Origin: Bacteroidales bacterium
Lineage (GTDB): Bacteria; Bacteroidota; Bacteroidia; Bacteroidales; JAADJA01
Reading direction: 5' to 3'
Assembly: GCA_041393275.1 (NCBI GenBank)
Contig: JAWKKL010000001.1
Coordinates: 65,927-129,926 of the forward strand
Length of the DNA stretch: 64,000 nt
Shown here: one piece after another, positions 58,001 to 64,000 of the stretch
Layout: each line of letters opens with the position of its first letter
Numbering within the stretch: the stretch's first letter is position 1
Position numbers and translations under genes: made by a program
Notes under the pieces: generated by a model
The model's database searches: none
What the model saw: only the letters and a program-made list of their open reading frames with translations
What the model was told of the DNA's origin: nothing

Positions 58001-59212
58001 CTACAGAGCACCTTCATCATACGCTTTTTCGCCATGAAGTGAGTCGTCAAGGCCCAATTCTTCTTCTGCCTCCGACACTTTAACCGGGGTTATGGCATTT
58101 ATAATAATCAGCATTAAATAGGTAAACAAGAAAGCATAAGCTGCCGCTGCAACAACGGCAACCACTTCTTTCATAAAAAAGGCAACGTCTCCTTCGATTA
58201 AGCCAGTTTGGCCTCCAACAGCTTCGACAGCAAATACCCCCAGTAAAATCGTTCCAAGAACACCCCCAATGCCGTGTACTCCCCATACATCAAGTGCGTC
58301 GTCCCATCCAAGTTTATTTTTAAATTGAACGGCGATATAACAGATTGTACCTGCAGAAATACCAATAACGATGGCTGCCCAAAGTGGCACAAATCCAGCT
58401 GCCGGTGTAATAGTTGCCAGTCCTGCGACAGCTCCCGTCAATAATCCAACAAACTTAGGTTTACGATCCCTTGACCATTCGATCACCATCCAGGTTATAG
58501 CTGCAAAAGAGGCGGCCACATCGGTATTTAAAAAGGCAAGGGTAGTTATAGCATCTACATCAAGTTCGCTGCCTGCATTAAATCCGTACCATCCAAACCA
58601 TAGCAAACCGGTTCCAATGGCTACCAGCGGAATGCTGTTTGGTGGGGAAGCCGTATCGCGACGTTTGCCAACATAAAATACGGAAGCGAGTGCTGCAAAT
58701 CCGGCCGTTGCATGGACAACAATTCCTCCGGCAAAGTCTTTAACTCCCCATTCGGCGAGGAATCCACCGCCCCAAATCATATGCACGAAAGGATAATAAA
58801 CAAAGAGTTGCCATACAACGAGGAAAATTAAGTATGCTTTGAATGTTACCCTGTTTACAAATGCACCCGTTATAAGTGCTGGGGTAATTATGGCAAACAT
58901 CATTTGATACGCGACAAAAATATACATGGGATATTTTCCGTTATCAAATGCAGAATCGAACGGAATACCATTTAAAAAGGCCAGGTTGAGATTACCGATA
59001 ATGCCACCTTCACCACCACTAAAACAAAGTGAGAACCCGACGGTTACCCACATGATTGTTGTTATACCTAAAGAAACAAAGGTTTGGATCATAATGCCCA
59101 AAATGTTTCTTTTTCCTGCCAAACCCCCATAGAAAAAGGCCAGACCGGGTGTCATTAGCATCACCAGGCTGGTTGACAGGATCATGAATGTTGTTGTTCC
59201 GCTATCGAACAT
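58001..59212 (-). CDS. amt: Ammonium transporter (Amt family)
   Basis: 403 aa. MLMTPGLAFFYGG, DFAGGIVVHATAG and WGVHGIGGVLGT. Confidence 0.9.
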   Translation of the reverse strand: MFDSGTTTFMILSTSLVMLMTPGLAFFYGGLAGKRNILGIMIQTFVSLGITTIMWVTVGFSLCFSGGEGGIIGNLNLAFLNGIPFDSAFDNGKYPMYIFVAYQMMFAIITPALITGAFVNRVTFKAYLIFLVVWQLFVYYPFVHMIWGGGFLAEWGVKDFAGGIVVHATAGFAALASVFYVGKRRDTASPPNSIPLVAIGTGLLWFGWYGFNAGSELDVDAITTLAFLNTDVAASFAAITWMVIEWSRDRKPKFVGLLTGAVAGLATITPAAGFVPLWAAIVIGISAGTICYIAVQFKNKLGWDDALDVWGVHGIGGVLGTILLGVFAVEAVGGQTGLIEGDVAFFMKEVVAVVAAAAYAFLFTYLMLIIINAITPVKVSEAEEELGLDDSLHGEKAYDEGAL

Positions 59213-59245
59213 AATTTTTATCTCCTATATTTAATTTGTACTATT

Positions 59246-59995
59246 CTAAAGTGAAATGCCAAAAACAAAAAATACATTCTCTTGCATGGGGTTGACGATG
59301 AATGACACGCTCACAGGTAATGAGAACTTTTCTGAGATGGGAATTTCCCTGCCGGCTGTGAGGCCAACGTTGACTATTCCCGCCTTTGGTCCATAATAAC
59401 CAGATTCGCCTTTATCCTTATCCGGATTTGTGGGTGTTCCTCCAATAAAAACATCGAGACTTGTTTTTTGAACGTTCAATGAATACCCAAGTTCGATATA
59501 GGTTGAATACTGTAATTTATTTTCAAAGGTTCTGGCATCTGCACCGGCAAAATTGGTTGCGACCATTACCCACAATGGAACTTTTTCCGTTCCATTAAAT
59601 TTTACCATTCCTTCAAAAATATGGCCTGTACTGTCGCTCTCATAATTCAAATAATCATTATTCGTCGCTCTGCCATCGGGGAAAAAATAATCAGTGACGG
59701 TTAATGTAAGCAGTTCCTTAAAAGTATAGGATGCATACAGGTCAATCTCCTGAAAATTGGCATCATTTGTTGAGAATGAACCCCAGGCGCCCAGGGCAAA
59801 GCCGCCGTAACCCATTTCCAGTGCTGGCTGAATTGCCGGTGAATTACCGAAATCTGTTCCGCGCCAAACATAACGGCTTACGAAATCACCACCCGGCTCA
59901 AGTGAAATTTTGTTTTGAGCAAAAAGCCCGTTCATGGATCCTGTCATGCACATAATTGTTAACAGGAATGCAATACGAATTGTAATTTGTCTCAT
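59246..59995 (-). CDS. Outer-membrane beta-barrel, porin-like protein (possibly TorF-like family)
   Basis: Signal peptide MRQITIRIAFLLTIMCMTGSMNGLFAQ. FVSRYVWRGTDFGNSPAIQP and an alternating strand pattern. It ends 33 nt upstream of the amt start. Confidence 0.45.
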   Translation of the reverse strand: MRQITIRIAFLLTIMCMTGSMNGLFAQNKISLEPGGDFVSRYVWRGTDFGNSPAIQPALEMGYGGFALGAWGSFSTNDANFQEIDLYASYTFKELLTLTVTDYFFPDGRATNNDYLNYESDSTGHIFEGMVKFNGTEKVPLWVMVATNFAGADARTFENKLQYSTYIELGYSLNVQKTSLDVFIGGTPTNPDKDKGESGYYGPKAGIVNVGLTAGREIPISEKFSLPVSVSFIVNPMQENVFFVFGISL

Positions 59996-60131
59996 TGTCT
60001 TTTAAATTTATAATTAACAAGACAAAGGTTTAAATAAGTCTATTGAAAACCAATGGTTTAAATTCGTAAAATGCGTAGGTATCGAACGTAATGTATTATA
60101 CGTGTTTTACGTAAATAGGAAATTTAAATGG

Positions 60132-60785
60132 CTATATTTCAATGATATTGTTTTTAATAGCAAATTTAATAAGCTCAACAGTGGATTTCAGTTCAAGCTT
60201 TTGCATGATGTGGTTTTTATGCGATTCAACAGTGCGGCAACTTATAAAAAGTAAATCCGCAATTTCTTTGTTGCTTTTTCCTTCGGCGAAGAGTTTTAAA
60301 ATTTCCAATTCGCGTTTTGAAAGGGCATTTTCTCTTAATTCATTTTCGTGATTGGATTTTGCTTTTTTGATATAGCTTTTAAGAATTATATTTGAGACAG
60401 GTTCGGTAAAATAGTCTTCTCCCTCAGCTACTTTTAGAATGGCTGTAATAAGCTCCTTCCTGTTGGTATTTTTTGGAAGGTAGGCCATGGCACCGGCTTT
60501 CACCGCATTAAAAATGAAATCTTCATTCAGGTGCATGGATAATATGATGACTTTTATTGCAGGAAATTCAGCCGATAGTTTTTTTGTTATTTCAATCCCC
60601 GAAATGTCAGGAAGGCTGATGTCGAGAATGGCGATGTCGGGTTGTTCTGTTTTTAACAAACAGAAAAACTCAGCAGCTGAAGATGCTTCGTTAATCACTT
60701 CAATTTCTTCTACACTGATCAGTGATTTTATCCCATCCCTGACAATGGCATGATCATCAACCAGGATTACTTTTATTTTAGTCAT
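60132..60785 (-). CDS. NarL/LuxR-family response regulator
   Basis: The receiver domain has DDH...ILDISLPD. The C-terminal HTH region is LSKRELEILKLFAEGKSNKEIADLLFIS.RTVESHK. Confidence 0.85.
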   Translation of the reverse strand: MTKIKVILVDDHAIVRDGIKSLISVEEIEVINEASSAAEFFCLLKTEQPDIAILDISLPDISGIEITKKLSAEFPAIKVIILSMHLNEDFIFNAVKAGAMAYLPKNTNRKELITAILKVAEGEDYFTEPVSNIILKSYIKKAKSNHENELRENALSKRELEILKLFAEGKSNKEIADLLFISCRTVESHKNHIMQKLELKSTVELIKFAIKNNIIEI

Positions 60786-62571
60786 TTTTTAATGTATTAA
60801 GCGGAATCTCAATACTAATTTGAGTTCCGATTCCTGATTCGGAGAGAATTTCAATTTTACCATCAAGCAGCCTGATGCGCTCGCGCATATTTGGAATTCC
60901 ATTTCCTGTATTTTTATGGGGACGATCGACATTCCATCCTTTGCCGTTATCAAAAATTTTCATCAGGACAAGGTGTTGTTGGCGGATCAAATGAATTTCA
61001 GCATCAGATGCCTTCGCATGCTTAACAATGTTATTTATCGCCTCCTGCATGATCCTAAAGAGATAGATGGTCAATTTTTTATCAAGATCATTAAACTTCC
61101 CTTCATAAGCAAAGCGCAGATCGATATTCGCGTTTTCAGAAATTTCTTCGCACATATTTTTTAATGCGGTCATCAGGCCAAATTCATCCAAAACAGCCGG
61201 CATCAAATCGTTTGAAATACGCCTGATTTCATTTATTGTTCCATCAACATTTGTTTTCACTTCTTTTATTGTTTTATTGATGGCACATACATCTTTACCA
61301 TGAATGGTTTCCAACTTTAATTTTAACGCAATCAATGATTGCCCAAGTCCGTCATGCAATTCACGAGACAGGCGTTGCCTTTCCATTTCCTGCCCATCGA
61401 TCATGGCTGTAATCCGTTTATTTCGTTCACTCTTAAGTTCATTTTCTTTATCCCTAAGGCTTTCGGCCATGCTATTAAAAGAAGTTGTTAACTGGCCGAT
61501 TTCATCGTGTGCAATACGGGGAAGACGAACATTCAGGTTACCACTTTTAATATTCGCTGCGGCTTCGCTTAGATTCATCAACGGTGAGGTAATTCTCTTC
61601 GAGAAGATAAATGAAATTACAAATACGATAAAAGATACCAGAATGGTAAGAAACAAAATATTGTTCCGGATAAAATAGATTGATTTAATGGCTTCGTTAT
61701 AGTCAATCTCCGCAAGAATAACCCAATCAAGTGCTGGCACATCTAGTTTACTATAGGAGCTTAAAACTTTGATCCCCCGGTAGTCATCAATGACAGAAGT
61801 TCCCGTAATATCATTATAGGCCTTTTCAACTCCGTCTGTTAAAACCTGTGTGTGCATGATAGAAACGGGTTGGAATCGTGAAACACTCCGCATGAATTTA
61901 TCAGGACCCACAATGTACGATTCGCCTGACGTGCCCAGTCCGTCATTAGGGTTTTGTTCAAGCATGATGGCATTGATAGCATCAATGGAAATTTCGAGAG
62001 CGATTTTTTTTTTGATTGATTTTTCATTGTCGATTGAATAGCCTGAAATAAACATTCTGGGCTTATGTTTAATGGAATCAAACAGATAATCATGAATTAT
62101 AAATGAATCATTGACTGAAACGCGATTAAAAATGGTAGAAATAAATTGCCGTTCTTTTTTTTCTAAGATGTAAAATCCGATGTTTCCCTGTTTTTCAAGG
62201 TTATAGCCGGCAATTATATCTTGTTCAACTTCAATAAACATCCTGTTGAAATATTTACCGTTGGCAAGGTGATTTAAAAGATTTTGTTTAAACGGTCCTG
62301 TTTGTTGCGTATTTGGTTCGTTGCTAGCTATGGCAATCCTTGAAATTTCGGCTGTGGTGCTAATCAGTTTAAATTCGCTGATCCGGTCATTAAAAAATTG
62401 TTCAACCTGGTTTTTTTTTACAACTCTTACCGAAGTTAGCTGATCAAACGTTCGTTGAAGAAGAGCATTTTTTGAAGTATAAAACGAATAGGTGCTAACA
62501 ATGGCAATAGCAGTAACCCCAATTATTACAAAATATAAAACGATTTTATCTGAAAGCGACCTTATCCGCAT
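60778..62571 (-). CDS. Sensor histidine kinase: periplasmic Cache-like domain, HAMP, HisKA_3 and HATPase
   Basis: 597 aa with two TM helices flanking a ~270-aa extracytoplasmic domain. HAMP region ...HDEIGQLTTSFNSMAESL. H-box LSRELHDGLGQSL. C-terminal GNGIPNMRER. It overlaps the regulator gene by 8 nt. Confidence 0.8.
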   Translation of the reverse strand: MRIRSLSDKIVLYFVIIGVTAIAIVSTYSFYTSKNALLQRTFDQLTSVRVVKKNQVEQFFNDRISEFKLISTTAEISRIAIASNEPNTQQTGPFKQNLLNHLANGKYFNRMFIEVEQDIIAGYNLEKQGNIGFYILEKKERQFISTIFNRVSVNDSFIIHDYLFDSIKHKPRMFISGYSIDNEKSIKKKIALEISIDAINAIMLEQNPNDGLGTSGESYIVGPDKFMRSVSRFQPVSIMHTQVLTDGVEKAYNDITGTSVIDDYRGIKVLSSYSKLDVPALDWVILAEIDYNEAIKSIYFIRNNILFLTILVSFIVFVISFIFSKRITSPLMNLSEAAANIKSGNLNVRLPRIAHDEIGQLTTSFNSMAESLRDKENELKSERNKRITAMIDGQEMERQRLSRELHDGLGQSLIALKLKLETIHGKDVCAINKTIKEVKTNVDGTINEIRRISNDLMPAVLDEFGLMTALKNMCEEISENANIDLRFAYEGKFNDLDKKLTIYLFRIMQEAINNIVKHAKASDAEIHLIRQQHLVLMKIFDNGKGWNVDRPHKNTGNGIPNMRERIRLLDGKIEILSESGIGTQISIEIPLNTLKND

Positions 62572-62647
62572 TTTGTTTGAAAATGACCAAATGTATAAAG
62601 TTTTCTTTCACAGAAAAGGAAATAGGTAAATAATTATTTGGCTTCAC

Positions 62648-63298
62648 TCAGATTTTCTGGATCTCATCTGATTCGAAAATTCGAATGGATTCATTCTTAT
62701 TTATGGCCGTGTTTAGCATAGCCATAGCCACCTGTCGGGCTTGTATTCCTTTGTATTTTCTGAGTTTTCCTACAAATAGTGGATTGATTATTTTGTAAAC
62801 AGCAACGGCGGTTTTTTCACCGGCCCTCTGTTCTTTTCGGTTTCCCATTAGTAAAGATGGCCTGAAAATAAAGAGATGTGGCAAACCAAGTTCTTTCAAT
62901 GCGTTTTCTATTTCTCCTTTTACCCTGCTATAAAAAATGGCTGACGTTGCATTTGCTCCAAGCGAGCTAACCATTAGGAATTTTTCAGAATTCCACTCTT
63001 TCGCTTTGCGGCCAAGAGCCAGCACATAGTCATAATCAACTTTTCTGAAATTTTCTTTTGTTTTGGCTTTTTTTATGGTAGTACCAAGGGTGCAAAATAC
63101 ATGATCAATTTTTTCATTGATTTCAACACTTTCCAACTCATCAAAATTGATTTGATGGACAATGATTTTTTTGGATTTGACATCAATCGGATTTCTGACC
63201 AATACATGAATTTGTGAATACTCATTATCTTTCATCAATTGTTGAAGGAGCTCTGAACCAACCAATCCTGTTGCTCCTGCTATTAACGCTGTTTTCAT
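62648..63298 (-). CDS. NAD(P)H-binding (atypical SDR / NmrA-like) protein
   Basis: 216 aa. ALIAGATGLVGSELL Rossmann motif. Confidence 0.7.
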   Translation of the reverse strand: MKTALIAGATGLVGSELLQQLMKDNEYSQIHVLVRNPIDVKSKKIIVHQINFDELESVEINEKIDHVFCTLGTTIKKAKTKENFRKVDYDYVLALGRKAKEWNSEKFLMVSSLGANATSAIFYSRVKGEIENALKELGLPHLFIFRPSLLMGNRKEQRAGEKTAVAVYKIINPLFVGKLRKYKGIQARQVAMAMLNTAINKNESIRIFESDEIQKI

Positions 63299-63458
63299 TT
63301 TGAATAATTATTATTTGGAACACTGATACCGCTGATTTGGCACATAATCGCTGATAAATTAATTGGCGTAAATCAACAAAATCTGCGTTATCCGCGTTCT
63401 ATTCATTTCCGCATAAAATTAATCATTAAATTTATTGCTCATTTCTCGATCGGAAATT

Positions 63459-63851
63459 ATGAGTAAATTCAAACTGTTAATATTGCTTTCTTTAATCGTT
63501 ATTGTCCCCATTGGATTTTTAACCAAGTTTTACACAGGTCCTGCACAGGACTGGGTGAATGATTCTCTGGGAGGATTGTTTTATGAAATATTCTGGTGCC
63601 TGGGTTTTGCTTTTTTATTCAGTAAAGTTAATCCTGTTAAAATTGCGATTTGGGTCTTCGCCGCTACTTGTATGCTTGAATTTCTTCAATTGTTTCACTG
63701 GCCAATTCTGGACATAATCCGTAGCCAATTTATCGGACGAACAATTTTAGGAAACTCCTTCAACTGGATGGATTTCCCTTACTATATCGCAGGAAGTGTA
63801 ATTGGCTTTTTCTGGCTGATGGCCATCCGAAAATTAAGCATTGTAAATTAG
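63459..63851 (+). CDS. DUF2809-like small integral membrane protein
   Basis: About 130 aa with four hydrophobic helices. FYTGPAQDWVNDSLGGLFYEIFW and ILGNSFNWMDFPYY. The ATG at 63459 is preferred over the TTG at 63435. Confidence 0.55.
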   Translation: MSKFKLLILLSLIVIVPIGFLTKFYTGPAQDWVNDSLGGLFYEIFWCLGFAFLFSKVNPVKIAIWVFAATCMLEFLQLFHWPILDIIRSQFIGRTILGNSFNWMDFPYYIAGSVIGFFWLMAIRKLSIVN

Positions 63852-64000
63852 CCTAAATCCATTAATTCAACAATGCTGCCCATTTCTTCTTCCGTAAGTT
63901 TGAAGTTTGCCCCTCTGACTTTATTTTTTAACATGGTATCGAGGATCAATTGTTTTTTATCAGACGAAATTCCGGCATCTGAAAGCCTTACAGGGCTGGC
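63848..64000 (-). CDS. 3' end (50 codons) of an unidentified gene that continues beyond the window
   Basis: The minus strand is open from the window edge and reads ...LSDAGISSDKKQLILDTMLKNKVRGANFKLTEEEMGSIVELMDLG* with its stop at 63848-63850. I recognise no family. Confidence 0.3.
   Translation of the reverse strand, partial: ASPVRLSDAGISSDKKQLILDTMLKNKVRGANFKLTEEEMGSIVELMDLG

Noticed and set aside
1-64000. Looked for CRISPR arrays, rRNA/tRNA genes, IS elements, integrases and prophage genes
   Set aside because: I found no regularly spaced repeats and no cloverleaf-like or rRNA-like stretches in the intergenic regions I read. No ORF has transposase, integrase or phage hallmarks. Absence by eye is not proof, so a tRNAscan/Infernal run would be decisive.

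Overview
This 64 kb window looks like a Bacteroidota chromosome segment. The supporting features are four proteins with T9SS C-terminal sorting domains, a CarboxypepD_reg-type TonB-dependent receptor, a PorV/PorQ-like barrel, long-form PurF and a yceD-rpmF-plsX-fabH cluster. I could support about 50 protein-coding genes. I saw no rRNA, tRNA, CRISPR array, transposase, integrase or phage genes.

Housekeeping and metabolic genes are intact: fldA, greA, purF, fabH, plsX, rpmF, mgtE, amt, trhO, dus, a C69 dipeptidase and others.

Reading-frame breaks are confined to a few patches:
- Two tandem C25 (gingipain-like) protease genes at 1-2250.
- The plug domain of the TonB receptor at 7150-7715.
- A Na/Pi-cotransporter remnant at about 31035.
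- An AT-rich decayed island at 53.0-56.2 kb. It holds an internally deleted RecQ-like helicase and a broken Cys/His protein, and it abuts the frameshifted 3' end of a sodium:solute symporter gene.

Every indel I checked at nucleotide level is a +/-1 error in a mononucleotide run, which argues for assembly artefacts in most patches.

The most interesting content:
1. A very tightly packed operon at 46667-52220 encodes a ThrC-like PLP enzyme, a DUF1611 protein, a PP-loop ATPase fused to a creatininase-type amidohydrolase, and an enolase-superfamily dipeptide epimerase.
2. A locus at 35833-46386 encodes a signal-peptide-bearing, domain-permuted PEP-utiliser/ATP-grasp enzyme and two class-A beta-lactamase-fold proteins. 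These sit next to a TLC-type nucleotide (ATP/ADP) translocase fused to HEAT repeats.
3. A cluster at 6769-16044 encodes a TonB-receptor-like barrel, a ~1470-codon T9SS cargo protein split by two in-frame TAA codons, and a PorV/PorQ-like barrel.

All functional calls rest on motif recognition by eye. No database search was run.
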